Translations under genes and position numbers: made by a program
Notes under the pieces: model-generated
Databases searched by the model: none
Told to the model about the DNA's origin: nothing
What the model saw: only the letters and a program-made list of their open reading frames with translations
Part shown: positions 33,838-48,087 of the stretch, one piece after another
Numbering within the stretch: the stretch's first letter is position 1
Layout: each line of letters starts with the position of its first letter
Assembly: GCA_964016885.1 (NCBI GenBank)
Contig: OZ024743.1
Span: 319,052,001 to 319,116,000 of the forward strand
Direction of reading: 5' to 3'
Source of the DNA: Eledone cirrhosa
Taxonomy: Eukaryota
Length of the DNA stretch: 64,000 nt

Positions 33838-33952
33838 ACGTGCGGCTGAGTGGTTAGATTATTGGATTCGCAATCATAAGGTTGTGAGTTCGATTCCTGG
33901 ACCAGGCGATGCGTTATGTCCTTGAGCAAGACACTTTATTTCACATTGCTCC
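33838..33952 (+). mobile_element. tRNA-derived SINE 5' part
   Basis: A-box-like CGGCTGAGTGG, B-box GTTCGATTCC, then gtccttgagcaagacacttt. Confidence 0.8.
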
Positions 33953-34061
33953 TTCTACCTGGAGTTGCGACCGATAGATAGTATTAGTAATTGGAAAGAC
34001 CAACGGAAACATTGTTTCCTCGGTCCGATTTGACGAAAGTCGATCGTTCCTTAAAAATATA

Positions 34062-34104
<43 letters not shown>

Positions 34105-34398
34105 ACATATATTATATATATATATATATATATATACAAATGAATATATGAGGGATGAACACCTATACAATTATACATGTGTTCGAATTGCAAATGACCA
34201 AGTTAGCTAGGTTGAAAAATACTAATTTAACATAATATAGTTTGACTGTCTCGATTTAAAATAATATATATATATATAATATATATATATATAATATATA
34301 TATATATTATATATACATATATATCTATATCTATATCTATATATATATATTATTCAGAATAATAATAAATGAAGACGTTCACATAATCAAAATATATG

Positions 34399-34460
34399 TT
34401 TTATTATATTTATTTCGAAGGTACTGTACTGTTTATTCAGTACGTCCTCGTCAGATAAAA
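34399..34460 (-). ncRNA. Type I hammerhead ribozyme downstream of a decayed Penelope
   Basis: ttttat-CTGACGA-ggac.gtactg.aataaa.cagtac.agtaccttc-GAA-ATAAATAT-A-ataaaa; AUA triplet. Confidence 0.7.
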
Positions 34461-35613
34461 TACATGAATTTATGTATGACATACCTCAACTGTCTTGATA
34501 TTTCAATTCCAGTATTGGCAGTGATTTATTACAACAAATCTCAACATTTATATACCACAAATAATAACATGATACACTTAAATTTGAAGAAGAAGAGGAT
34601 GTGGAGCGAGATATGGGTATATGGGGAAATGCAAGAAGAAAATGAATAAACACATACATACATAAGTATTTAAATGAGTAAATAGAAGTATTAGGGAATA
34701 AATATATAAAAAGAAAAAGGAAGAGAGAGAGAAGAGAGAATAAGAAAGAAGAAATAACGACAAAAAAGAAAGAAAGAAATGATGTGAATCGGTATAAAGA
34801 CCGTTGTTTGCAAATATTAAATCAAATTGAGGCAACCAATTAGATAACTTGAAATTTTTAATATCTTTTTTATTTTGGTTATGTTTAAGCTAATTATACT
34901 TATATATTATATCAAAATTAAACAATAAAAAAAGAAAAATTTTCTTCTATAGCCATCAGATACATAGTTTAATTAAGTAATATATTCATTAAATATTTTG
35001 TTATAATAATTAAAAACATTTTTATCTTTAAAGCATATTTAAATAATTATTAAATATGTATAAAGATATCTATTCAAACATATGCATATATCAGCATCAG
35101 TATATATATTTTATATTACATTAAGATCATTTATTATCTGAATTATTCTATTTTCTTTATAAAATCATTTCAATTGTCATTTCATTACAGGATTAATTTG
35201 TAGTTATGATTAATCTCAAAAGTTTTATTATTTCTAATTTACTTCCATAATTACTTATTATTATATATAGTTTCCTTTAAGGATTACCATATATTATTAG
35301 ACTGATATAAATCATGTTAAATATACGTTAGCAAGCTATTCGGACAGAACAAAATTATTTACGAAGAATCTAAACAAAGGAAGATAACTCGTTCATCATA
35401 TGTGAACATTTAAAACATTTAAGTATTTTGAAAAACAAAAAAGATATTTCAAAACGCAAATCAAGAAATTTCTAGTTAAACAATGACCTTTCTAAATCCA
35501 AACATAGGATACTGAGACACATCATGAGATTAATTTACTAGATAAAAGCGGCAAACAATTTTTACCGGTAAGGCAAAACGTTATATATATAATTTTTTAA
35601 GAATTATTAATAG

Positions 35614-37650
35614 TCAATATTTTTTCGAAATTTGTATAATGTTTGAAAAGTTCTTCCCAGACTTATGTTGACAGCTGCTAAATAATTCATTTTTCTTATT
35701 AATTAAATTACCATAATTTGTAATTATCAATAGAGTCTCTAAATTGCAAAGATTGCAAATTGGTGAAATGGATGCATTTCGGTTGGAATCAGAATTTTTT
35801 AACTTACTCCAAGAAATTGAGAATTTGATATTTTTTTCTTTCAAAGACCATATTAATTTCTAGAGTGATGTAGAAAATGTTTTATCCGAATTAGAAAAAG
35901 AATGTTTATGATTGTAAAAAGGAAACTTAACCTTAGATGAAGTGGCACCAATGTAGTTATATGTATTATTATTATTAGTTTTAATGGTATATTTATGCAC
36001 TAGATTCTTTTCAAGGCAGTTAATTTGTAAAGGGCATTCGGATTTCCTTCTACAGTTACAATTCATTTCGATGTTATTTCTATTCGTATTATTACTATTA
36101 TTTAGAGGTGTTCTACTATTATTCGTATTTAAACTATTATTATTGTTATTCCAATTAACTAATTTATTATTATTATTATTGTTATTATCGCTAATTATAT
36201 GTTGGTTCAAATTAAGATTTTTACTATTTATTTTTGCTATGTTTTGAGCAATATTCATAGTTGTTGAATAAGAGAGTTTAACTGCGTGTCTATTGAAGAT
36301 AGAGTAATACTTATGTGATCTAGGGAAACATTTATCCAAGGCTTTAAAAAATAAATGTGCTAAAGGTGTTTTAATAGCTAAAGATGCTGGCGGAGCATAC
36401 CAAATTATAGATCTAGTCCTTATTTTTTTCCTCAATTTATTCCTCGAATTGTTGTTTTTACAGTCAATTCTGTTATTATTATTATTATGAATACTGCGAT
36501 TATAATTAATATTATTTTTTTCTACATACTCAATATTAATTTTATATCCTGCTTTATGTAACGCTTCATTATAATATACAGCTTTACTATTAAATATGAT
36601 CTATTAGCGGATAATCTGGATATTCGTTGTTGGACACTGTTGACTATTGCATTTTTAACACTTTTAGGATGATTAAATTAAAAACTAACATAATTTAAGT
36701 TTTCATTTAGTTTATGGAAGGGGTAATAGAGGCCTGAGTTCAAATTAAGAGTTACATAAAAAAAATTAACTATTTTATTGTTATTTTCTACTTCTAATTT
36801 CAGGTCATAATTTTTAAAGAATTCTATAATTATTTTCTTTACTCTATTTAATTCGCTATTATTATGTCTATCTACAGTAAATGATATGTCGTCTCTATAT
36901 AAACCACCGGTAATCTCAGGCAGTTTTCTATTTATCATATTAAGGATGAAAATTCCCACAAGATCGGTAACTTGCGCCGAATCAGATGAGCCCATAGTAA
37001 TGTCAAAGTTCTTCTGCCTATCAGATCTAGTCAAAAAAATCATTGTTAAAATCAATCAAGGTTCGCCTTGCCGTTAAAATGATATTTATCTCGTCACTAG
37101 ATAGATCCGTGTATTTATATGCATATGAAAGCGCCTTATTTAGTAAGTTAGGAGTTATTGAGGAATAATAACTCGCTATGTCCATTTGAATGAATTTATG
37201 ATTTTTCTTATTTTCGATATTATTGAACCAATCTATGACTTCATTAGTGCCCTTTCATAGGTTAAGCCTTGACCTCAATTTTAACATTGGCAAAATCCTA
37301 TTTATTATGTTTTTACTAATTATTCCAAGATCTGATTTCGAAGGTGCAATAATAGACTTATTGCAGGTAAGTCCTCTTCAAAATTTCTTTTATGGTCTTT
37401 AAAATTTATCCGCGGTTGCCTTGGTATGAAAGGTTCGGTCTTCCGTTCTAATCAAAGATTGGTGATAATTTCAAATGCATCATTATTAATGTCCAATAAA
37501 TCCTCATTCGGAGACTTTCTGTAATTTTGTCTCAATTCTTTTTAAATTAAGTCATTAAATTTTGTTTTTTCAATCCCATATAGGTTGTTGGTTTTGTCTG
37601 ATTTCACTAATATTTTATTTACTTTTTTATGTCATTAATTTTTTCCCTTA
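35614..37650 (-). pseudogene. Decayed Penelope RT + GIY-YIG (YRDD type)
   Basis: KSDKTNNLY, FKDHK, ITMGSSDSAQVTDLVG, GGLYRDD, IIWYAPP, CNCRRKSECPL, YNYIGAT..NHKHSF, CNLCNLE. Confidence 0.85.
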
Positions 37651-37729
37651 GACCTCTAATTATATACATAAATATATATATGTGTGTGTGTATATATATA
37701 TATGTATGTATGTATATAATATACATAAT

Positions 37730-37760
37730 CTAGCAGAATGGTCTGGCGTTGCTCGGGATT
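37730..37760 (-). mobile_element. Helitron 3' terminus
   Basis: Minus strand: cccgagcaacgccagac..CTAG; a better copy at 38569-38600 reads cccgagcaacaccgggccattctgCTAG|t. Confidence 0.6.
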
Positions 37761-37877
37761 TTCTCTAAGGTTCTTATATATTTGATATTTATTTATACTT
37801 ATCGAGCCTTGTGAAATAAATACGTTTGTTTATATTTTGTTATTGTGTATGCAAAAACATCTGTACACGAATATATC

Positions 37878-37935
<58 letters not shown>

Positions 37936-37976
37936 CGAAACATAAGTCAATTGCATGAACTCATAATCCTTTATTT

Positions 37977-38032
37977 ACTGCTATATATATTTCAATGGTA
38001 GCCATTGAGTGGCTATGACCTCATCAGGCAGT
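37977..38032 (-). ncRNA. Type I hammerhead ribozyme at a Penelope 3' end
   Basis: actgc-CTGATGA-ggtca.tagcca.ctcaa.tggcta.ccatt-GAA-ATATATAT-A-gcagt; upstream minus strand encodes YKPQLN, resembling a GIY-YIG C-terminus. Confidence 0.75.
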
Positions 38033-39020
38033 TAGTCAATTCTTAGATATGCCAGCTCTGTGTTTATGGTGTTGATTGTATCAGAGCCTTGGGACATATG
38101 ACCTTGTTAGGAATAATTTAATGTTGTCAGCAGGAATAATCTTAATTCTCATTGGTCAGTTTGTAGATGCTAGTAGGGTTGGTATTTGACCTAAAGTTCA
38201 AACCATCAGGCAAGATGACAATAATTCCATACGACTGATTTTCACAAAAAGCATTCCTGGTCATATATATATTCAATTGGGGTTTATAGTATGAAATTCG
38301 ATACTACAGGTCAATCTTAAATTGAGGAATTTATGTAGGGTGGTACTACTGAAAATTATGGTTAGAGTAGAATACTAGAAAATTTACATATATGTTTCGA
38401 CAATGGCTCGAACTCTGCCGTCAATGTCTTGAACATTTTCCTATTACCCACTCTACTACCCTAAGTATTGAGTACTCTGGTGCGTTATGGTCCACCTGGT
38501 TCCTTACCACACCTCCTTCGTTATTCTATATTATCTATATTATACTATATTATCTAATATATATATAATACTAGCAGAATGGCCCGGTGTTGCTCGGGAT
38601 TCTAAACATAGATTGGCATGTTTATCCCTCCTTTCTGAAACAGTTTCGTCGTATGTTCACCAATTGGTGCAGAAGTCCTAATAAAAAGTGAAGTCGCCTT
38701 GGGTGAATAGGCAAATAATTTTCCATTAAGATTTTTCAAAAGCATGTAATTGCGTTCCCCCTCTTTTTTGTTGTTGTTTTTGCTGCTGTTGGTGTGATAG
38801 CAGCTGTTGGTCGTACTACTAACACAGCCTCATCCTTCTTCAGCCAATAGTGTATATCCCCTTCTGCCTCGTCAGCAATGAAAACAATATTTGCTCTAGG
38901 GTTCTTATATATTTGATATATATTTATCCTTATCGGGCCTCGTGAAATAAATACGTTTATTTATATTTTGTTATTGTGTATGCAAAAATATCTGTACACG
39001 AATATATAATTATATAATTT

Positions 39021-39290
39021 TCAAAGCTCTTTCATCGCACATTCTATGACCTCCTCAGTGACTGGGTTTATATTTTGTGTCCCTCTTTTGTTCTGTCCTA
39101 CACGATCTTGTTTTTGTGTGTTGTGTGTTGTGTGCAGAACCAACCAATCAACCGGGAATTTATAATAAATTGAAGTGAAAGCCAACAGATGCGTGTGTTT
39201 TTATTGGCAACATGACCCTCCCAAAGTATAACAATATCTGTTTCTACACAGGTTTTCAGATAAGAAATCTTGCAAAACAAATTCACATGT
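39021..39290. mobile_element. Naiad-like pLTR remnant with decayed HHR
   Basis: 39211-39280 resembles 27940-28005; minus 39021-39061 reads tca-CTGAGGA-..-GAA-AGAGCT-T-tga. Confidence 0.5.
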
Positions 39291-39649
39291 AAAGTTGCTA
39301 TAGTTTCAACTAATATTTGACTTAGAACAAGGAATTTACATGTCTCAGAGTAGTTACACGATTTAAGGGAAACAGATTTCACTGGGAATGTCATGCCAAG
39401 TATTTTGACGGATGTTTCTCTCGGGCAATCCTGAACTAACCACTGAAAACTAAAGATTTTTCTATCGCTTCCCCAGCCAAGTAATTCTTTTTTTTATAGA
39501 TAAGAAGTGTGTATTGACGTGATTAATGAAAATGGTAACGCTCAACTTGCCAATGACTATACATTTTGCTTTCAGAGAGTTAAAAACATGCGCGAACATA
39601 TACAAATATAAGAGATAAAGAGGGCATATAATTCAGAACAAGAAAGATA

Positions 39650-39724
<75 letters not shown>

Positions 39725-39850
39725 CAGTCGAATAGTAGTGTAACGTACCTAGCTAGCAAACGAGAAATATGGAGAGTTGTGAAAATAGTGCGCATATTTG
39801 GCTATCTGTCTGTCATCTTTATGTATGTCTGTAGTAAGTATCTATCAACT

Positions 39851-40006
<156 letters not shown>

Positions 40007-40287
40007 AGATTTATGTATGTACCTTTCAGACATGTGCCGTAAGTAAATACTCAAGGTCGGTGATAGACATCAAACATGACTATATAAAAACAAAACTACA
40101 AATGCTTGTTTTTCGTGCTTATGTCTGAACAATATTACACATCTAATTAGCTATTTTCTTATCGTTACTTTGGCAAGTTCAAGGAAATTTCTATTTCGCT
40201 GAAGAGGACTGGCAATAGTGAAATATGCCCGCATATGGAATTGTCTTTTTTAGCAGGAAAAATCATTGAAATATCGCATATTTTTTT

Positions 40288-40640
40288 TAGCAGTAACTAC
40301 GAGCCAGACAAAAAGTAAAATCTTTTTATCATAGCAGGCGCATTTTTTTTATAGAATGCGCCTGCTATGATAAAAAAGATTTTACTTTTTTTATAGAATG
40401 AGTTGAAATTTGACACAAAGGTAAAGTCACATATCTTCTTGAGACTAAAATATCTAAATTTGGCTTTCGGATTTGTATGAGTGATTTAAAGATGGCGGTC
40501 CCTTTGGATGTCCGTCAGAAGCAAAGAACAGTAATTGAATTCCGTGTTGCTGAAAGAAAAACATTCACAAGAGACTAAAAAATAGTTATAAAGACGTACT
40601 TGAGTCAAGAAGGCAATCGATGGAATGGCGTCAATCGAGG
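40288..40640 (+). mobile_element. Mariner transposon 5' remnant
   Basis: TA|CGAG start; decayed MDVRQKQRTVIEFRVAE..NIHKRLKN (mariner HTH N-terminus); internal inverted duplication at 40311-40390. Confidence 0.6.
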
Positions 40641-40929
40641 TCTCCAAAAACCGTACATCCTACATTGTTCACTGCTTCTGATTTTTAAGACAGCAGGGAG
40701 GGGGTTATTTGATGGAATTTGGCTGCTATTTCTAGGAAGCCGAGCTATCACATACAGTCACCCTCATGGATTTGTAAAATATTTTTTTCTTTTACTTAAA
40801 TTGGCGGAATCAGCTCCTAGGTATATTTCAATGTGTGCCACCTTCTCTCACTTATGAGCCCCCCACCCGCTTCTCCCAAATATAATAATTTCAATTTACT
40901 GTTTGACAAGTAGACAAACCTAGTTTCTG

Positions 40930-41100
40930 ACGTGGAAACTTTTGGTGTCCTTGGCTCTAAGTCCTCTTCCCTACTCACCACTCTCGGCACAGAGTTGGCT
41001 ACCCGCAAGCGTGAGCCTCGCGAGCAGGAATGGCTCTTCCAGCCCGTCTCTTTCACCATCCTCCGGGGAAATGCCTTCTCTATTATGCCCGCCGGGACCG
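40930..41100 (+). mobile_element. CRE-like (RLE) non-LTR retrotransposon 3' fragment
   Basis: VETFGVLG..LG..REQEWLFQPVSFTILRGNA matches the recalled CRE endonuclease C-terminus. Confidence 0.65.
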
Positions 41101-41756
41101 CGGGGTGGCCCTTGCATGGACTCCCATTTGCTCATAATAGTGAGAGAAGGGGAGAGCGGGAGAGACGGAGGCAATGACATTGGGAGTTTGGTTCCTTTGT
41201 GTTCGGACCTGGTGTATATGTATGTTTCACGGACACACACTCACCATCCATCTAGTATCACTTAACAAAAGTTCTTAAAATTATGATGGAAGGTTTTTAG
41301 ACAAATATAAACACTTTAACACTTTTATATGACAGGTCATATAGCTATGCGACCCTTTCCATCACTTTGGTTATTTCCACAATACTTGCTATACAATAAA
41401 GATGTTTATCGATTTATTTATTGATCGCAGAAAATTATTACATATTTGTTCTAATTATAATGTTTTTTTATAAAACTGTGATCCTTTAAAGTTCAGTAAT
41501 GTGCATTTCGTGATCTGTGTTCAAGGCGGCTGCCTAGTTGACCTTAGGGTAACGCCAAACCTGCATACTGGAACACCACTTTCTAAGGAATTAGTCAATT
41601 ATATCAACCCTAGTACTTATTTTATAGATGGGTACTGGTATTCATTTAATGTATTTCCATCAGTGCGTAAATATTTCTAGTTAGATGCCTGAAGATGACT
41701 ATATTAATGTATTGACTCTGGCTAAGCCATGTAGGCGCCTAGCTTAATGGCTAGAG

Positions 41757-41951
41757 CAGCGTTTCTCAACCCTTTTACCCTTGTGGAACCCTTGCATTAG
41801 TTTTCATGTCTCAGGGAACACATGCATACAAATTATTATATACCATTATTACTAAAAAATACATTAGCTTATTTATCATTGTTTCTCACGGAACCCCTCG
41901 CAACTTCTTGCAGAACCCTAGGGTTCCGGGGAACACCGGTTGAGAAACTTG
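41757..41951. mobile_element. hAT/Charlie-type MITE inserted in a tRNA-SINE (41733-42035)
   Basis: TIRs CAGCGTTTCTCAACC / GGTTGAGAAACTTG; degenerate 8 bp TSD ggctagag/ggttagaa; removing it restores the SINE head. Confidence 0.8.
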
Positions 41952-42396
41952 GGTTAGAATGTTCGGCTCACGATCGTAAGATCGTGAATTCGATACCTGG
42001 TAGCACCTTGTTTCCTTGAGCAAGACACTTTATTACTAGCCTATTCCAGTATATTTTAACACACCACAACTAAATTCTAGCACAAAGCCCCCCCCCCCCA
42101 AAAAAAAAAACAACAAACAAACAAACAAACAAAACAAAAAACAAAAGCCCTTTCGTTACCAATACCTCATGAAAGACTCTCTTTGTGACTTTCAGTTTTT
42201 AAAATAATAAAGAATTTGGAGGGATTTGTAACTAAACTTCTCGTTATTAAGTTGGTGTTTGGAACATAACATAACAAAGGTTTAAAATTAAATATGAACA
42301 CTTTAAAACAAATGGTTTTTATCAGTTTCAGCAGGATTGGTAACAAAATGAATTAAATCTTGAAAATGAATGATTGATAAATCCTGCGTGTGTGAC

Positions 42397-42418
42397 AGAG
42401 AGAGAGAGAGAGAGAGAG

Positions 42419-42510
<92 letters not shown>
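42397..42510. repeat. (GA)n microsatellite
   Basis: Direct reading. Confidence 0.95.
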
Positions 42511-42515
<5 letters not shown>

Positions 42516-42942
42516 AGATATGAAATAACTACAGTCTTATCCAGAAACACACTGACATTCAGACAGACACTCACGTATTGAAGATAAATCGCAGCTGGAG
42601 AATGACATCATAATGACATCCAGAGCTAGATAGGCCGATTAGTTTAATGTCTCAGTCAACTGAAATGAAATATTTTCTTATGTGCCAAGTTTTCTCACTT
42701 GTGTGTCCTTATCTGACATCACTTAGGATGCAAGCCTTTATTAATTAGATTTAAAAGAAAAAAGCAATTAAGCATAATCATGTCATTCATCATGCTTTCA
42801 AGCTAGTCATTGCCTAGACACAGAGAAGAGTATTATAGAGTTATCAAAGTAGAAATTAAAAGCATATACACTATAGTATAACAAAAACAATTAACAACTT
42901 ATAGAAGAAATAATTTTACTGATATACAGTGACATAGACATA

Positions 42943-43125
42943 AGAGGGTCGGCTGAAAAGTTCACAGGCTGACTACGAAGGAGTGATGATGCTAGCATGG
43001 ATTAATTTCAACTCTTATTAATAACTGCATTGTTTCTTTCTAGGGACTATGTTGAAAAATAAATATCATTTGGTCATTTCATGAGAGTATCTTGGTCAGC
43101 CTATGAACTTTTTAGCGGAGCCTCG
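42943..43125. mobile_element. Tc1/mariner MITE
   Basis: TA|agagggtcggctgaaaagttcacaggctgac ... gtcagcctatgaactttttagcggagcctcg|TA. Confidence 0.8.
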
Positions 43126-46016
43126 TAGTCTATATGCAAAGGAGAGAAAACAAAAGAGAATTTAAAGATATAATTTAAAAAGAAATCGGTGATTAATGCT
43201 TCCTTCCAGGTAAAAATAACTGAATATGCAAATGCGTCCGACTAGAAACGGATTCAAGAATTTTTACAATCGTCTCCTTTTGAATCATTCTGGAGATGGA
43301 AAGAGAATCTACATTGTAAACAAAGAACCCAGCCGAGTTCTTGGATGTTATCCATCCATCTTACTCAGGGTCTACCCCTGGCTTTTTCGCCGGCTGATTT
43401 TGCAAAAGATCAAAGGAGACACCTATAATGAATCCATTTCTAGATGAACATTTTTCTCCAGTCAGTCATTCTTATCTCTAAACATGTATATTTAGGTATT
43501 TCTTTTGCTTTCTTGTACTGTTTGGAGCACGGGTAGATGGCAAAGCTACTGTTTTTGTGTGGATAATCACATATATCAAATGATAGGTAGATAGATGGAG
43601 AGGGTTGCATAAAGTAGCTAGAATAATAATAAATGATGAGTGGATGGTTATTTCCGTTAATATGTAGTAAATTGATACACGAGATGTTGCTAGTTGCACT
43701 AACAATAACAAATATCAACTTCTCCAACATGGAACACTATACTAAACGAAATATCTATAAATGAAGCTAATTCGTCTGGATTGTCAAACTGAAGAAAGAC
43801 GTGAAGGTGAATACTCTAAATATATATTGTTCAGTAGTTAATTGTAACTAATTATGTGTGAAAATCATCATATAAGTTAATACATGCATAATACCCCTTT
43901 CTGCCTACTCAAAGAAACATGGCTTCCCCCATGTCCCTCTCATACCACTAGCACTCTTCTTTCTCAGCTTCTTCTCCTTTGTCTTTTTCTTCCTCGTTTT
44001 TCCCATCCCCTTCTTTGCCTACTCTTCATTAATCAAGTGACTCTCTCCCCATTCCTCCTCCTCATCCCCCACTAGATACTTGCTCTATTAGATATAACTC
44101 ACCCACCCTCAACTACCAACTTTATCTGACATTCCTGTTGATTTCATACGAATGAAACAGTTCTAGTCATGTAGAAGTCATTTCTCTCTCTATATATACA
44201 TGTATGTATCAGAATAAGGTGTTAACCGACGCAGATAAAAAGAAGTGTTCAACGACCTGAGCATTATACATTATTAAAAGATCGGAGGCCATAATCAGTT
44301 GATTCAGGTTTATTTAAAACTCCGTTATGCATATTTCACTGAGGACTATAAATTATGATAGCCTGAAAAACTTATAAAAAGTTGAAAATATTGAAAGTTC
44401 CTAAAAGGAACTTTATAATAAAAAAAATAAAAATCCAAAAACTTACTCAAAAAAAGGGGAGAGGGTCTCTCTCAGAAGTGTTCGTCCTCCCATGGATAGC
44501 CACGGGTTAAATTCCATAAAGTGTTGTCCATGGTCAGGGGATGATGTTATCTTGAGTGTTTTGCTAGTCTATAGGATGAGCTGGGTCCTCTGGTAAGCTC
44601 TGGCAATCAAAATGAATGAAATATTTAAGTCCAGTCTATTGCTACGTGACATGTGATTCGGGCAGAGCATATGAATTCATCGTTCAACTTAATATGAGCA
44701 TTATATATCATCAATAAAGTATCAACTGGGGTGTCAATGTATAATAAACAGAGGATGTACACTTAAAACCGTCTCTCTTCTTTATAATATATATATATAT
44801 TAGGGGCGGTGGAACTGGCGATGGCAGGTGCAGGGAGGGGGGCATGCACCCCCAGTTATTACATTTGTCTCCCAAAACTACTAAAACACATCTATTTGTA
44901 TATGCGTTACAATTTATGTACATGTTATGAGGGGCAGATGGGAGAGGTAGATATAGATATAAAGAAGGGAAGAATTTGGTGGTAATTGATATAGAAAGGA
45001 AGGTTGGGAGAGTGTGTTGTATATTAGATATAGAGAGAAATTAATGTTTATTGATATAGAGAGAGGAATTTGAGAGTTCCGTGTAGTAGATATACAGAGG
45101 GTGAAAATGTGGTGCTAAGTGACATATAGTGGGGGAATGGAAGAGAGTACCGTGTAGTAGATATAGAGAGGGGGAGAGTTTGGTGTTAATTGATATAGAG
45201 CGGGGGATTGACAAAAAATCTGATAAATTAATAAGCGAGTGGTGGGGGACGATTATTCAAGACTTGAGAGTACGTGAATTGCTGACGGACGTAAGAATGA
45301 AAATTCAATACCGAAGTAGTTTAAATATTCATTTATTATGGCTAAGCCTTGTTACTCAGGAGTCTGACCTGCGTACTCACCAGACAAGACTGGTGATCCT
45401 GTGAGTGCGCAACGGAAACTTTAGAGTAACAAATCTCACCAATCTTATATATAATGATTGGAGGACTGTGAGACTGTGTCAGGGATATTTTTTTCTGAAC
45501 ATGTTATTAAAATAAGTTGGAATACTTTCAATAAATCTTGTAATTTATCTACGAAATTTCGTAGCTGTTGATTATACATACATATTCTTATATATAGTGA
45601 TTGCTTATTTTAAGATTCACTTCTTTTAAAATTTTAAAATGTCAATACTTCCGGTTATGATATAACGGACGCTATATCATATCGCTTATATAAACGTTCA
45701 TATATTTGCATCAAAACGTTTATATTTCTGTCACTAATTTTCTCCTTTTTCGTTTTCATTACATTTCGCCGTAATGCAGTTTATATATAATATCGTCTGA
45801 AACTAGCAGTTGAAATGGCAAGAGCTCAGCCGTCGGGGTACCGACTCTTTCATATAACCAAACGATCCAGATGGGTCAATTTTGTTTCATCAATTTTTTG
45901 CTATTCTCTGGATACATGGTTGAATATTTTAAGCTTGTAGTTACGTGTGTATTTTATTTAATCTTAATTGTGGTTTACATTCAAGTGTGTATATTATGTT
46001 TGTTTTATATTAATAA

Positions 46017-46616
46017 CTATCTGATGTACCCAGCTTCACCCGGATAAACAGATGATAAGAGAAGTCAGGTAGAAAAGAAAATGACTGTATGGGATGCGTT
46101 GTCTGGTTTACAGTATGAAGCGAGACCGCGGTGTGTGTGTTGGGGGGGGGGGGGGGGGGTAGTCAGAAAACAAAAACAAAAAATCTTCCAAATACACCAA
46201 ATTCTTTGTTTTACTGTTCGTGCATAGTGTGTAGTGTGTGAAGATTTATTGGTGTTCTCACTCGTGAATAACCTACACATAACTGTCCATAGGTAAAAAC
46301 TGATTCTCTCATATTCAATCCTACAATCAACTCATATTCAACTTTGAGACTCTGACCCTGGGCTTTAATTATGGTCTAACAGGTTCTAACAGGAAACTGA
46401 AATCTTGAGAATCTGAACGGCAGCTCGGTAGGGAAACGGATGTGAGGAATCTTGGGAATAAATACATTTTCTCCTTGGTGAATGCCTCCAAGAATAGTGA
46501 CTTCCGGGAGATGGTTCATCATCCGCCTGACAGTTAAGCGTGTGCCATTGGTTGGTTCACGTTTTTCGAAAGGATGATAGGAGTTCCAATCTTTTATATT
46601 ATATGTAAATATAGAT
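46017..46616 (-). mobile_element. Non-autonomous Helitron remnant
   Basis: 5' tctatatttacatataatataaaag; 3' hairpin ccgggtgaagctggg followed by degenerate (c>a)tagt. Confidence 0.5.
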
Positions 46617-46888
46617 ACAGATATACGGTATGTTTAATAAATAAACATTTTCAAAGCCAAGCTATGAATTGAAAGGCTGATGGCCAGCGTCGTCTAGAGG
46701 ATTCCAGCAGAATCAGCGGAGGATAACTGTCTATGCATTTCGAGCTCCGGCTTTCATTAAGACAGTGCTTCCCTTGCTCTCTGCTGGAACTTGAAACAGA
46801 CGAAAATCTATAGTTTTTTGCCTGAGTAGGTGGGTTGATTAGCCTGTATAAATTGAACCAACTTATACAGTTTCGTATGCAAATGAGG

Positions 46889-46984
<96 letters not shown>

Positions 46985-47862
46985 AGAGTGGGAGATTAAC
47001 AGAATTGATAGAGCGTCGGATAAAATGGCATTGCGCTACTTGTTCTGACTCGTTACACTCTAAGTTTAAATCTCACCAAGGTCAACTCAACCTTTCAGCA
47101 TTCCAGGGTCGATAAAATAAAGTACTAATCAAATATTAGAGTTGATTTAAAGAACTCTGTTCTTCCTCCATGATTTCTGGTTTTGCACCTAAATTAGAAA
47201 TCAATATCACATGATACCTATATTTAATGTCTGATTTCTAAAATTCTGTTCATAAGTTGGCCAATGCAAGAAGAAAAGAGCCATCGGCTCTCTTACGATG
47301 GCGAGATTAAACACAGCCAGTTTCCAACCACATCAGCAGTTCAAAGCTTGGATAATATGTGTGACGAAGAAACCGAGAGTCTAGTCTCAAATGGTTGCAA
47401 AAGATTGACCTTCACCTTCACTAACGATATCCAAAGAACAGGTTGAGGTGTTAAATAGGGTGATAGGTTTGGTTTATTGCCTTAAAACAGTCGCTGATAT
47501 AAATAAATATCGTATGTGAAGTTCGAATTTTTAAACTTACTAAGCGCAGAGGAAATAAAATTAGAAGATGGTAATATTTTCCCGTCTCTAGGGGTTTTGT
47601 CTGCTTTTTATAAGCTATTATATATCAACTAACTGTAATCGCAGCTATTTTCTGCATCTGAGCTTCCTAAATTGCTGATATCTCGAAGCCTATTAAAATC
47701 TACTTGCGTATATAAGTGTGACGATACAGTTGTTCCTCATACATTTATTTTGAAAAAAAAAAAAAAAAAAAAAAAAAATTCTAGATAAGACCATCCAAAT
47801 ATGTGCAACATATAAGTATACATAAAAGAAACCCAAAAAGTACATAACATATAGATATGTAT

Positions 47863-48087
47863 GCAGAGAAGATTTATGTCGTAAGCGTGTGTAGTGGTTA
47901 AACGAGATGGTCGTTCAGCGAGAAGTTGTATTTTATGCACAGAAAAGATTTATGTCGTAAGTGTGAATGGTCGCTAAACGAGATGGTCGTTCAACGAGGA
48001 GTCGTAATTTGTGCGCAGAAAAGATTTATGTCATAAGTATGAGTGGTAGTTAAACGAGATGGTCGTTCAACGAGGAGTTGTATTTTA
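47863..48087. repeat. Minisatellite, 3 x ~75 bp
   Basis: 'aagatttatgtcgtaag...taaacgagatggtcgttca' three times. Confidence 0.9.

Noticed and set aside
44330-44392. CTGAGGA..GAAA hammerhead-like motif
   Set aside because: No valid NUH triplet in register with stem I.
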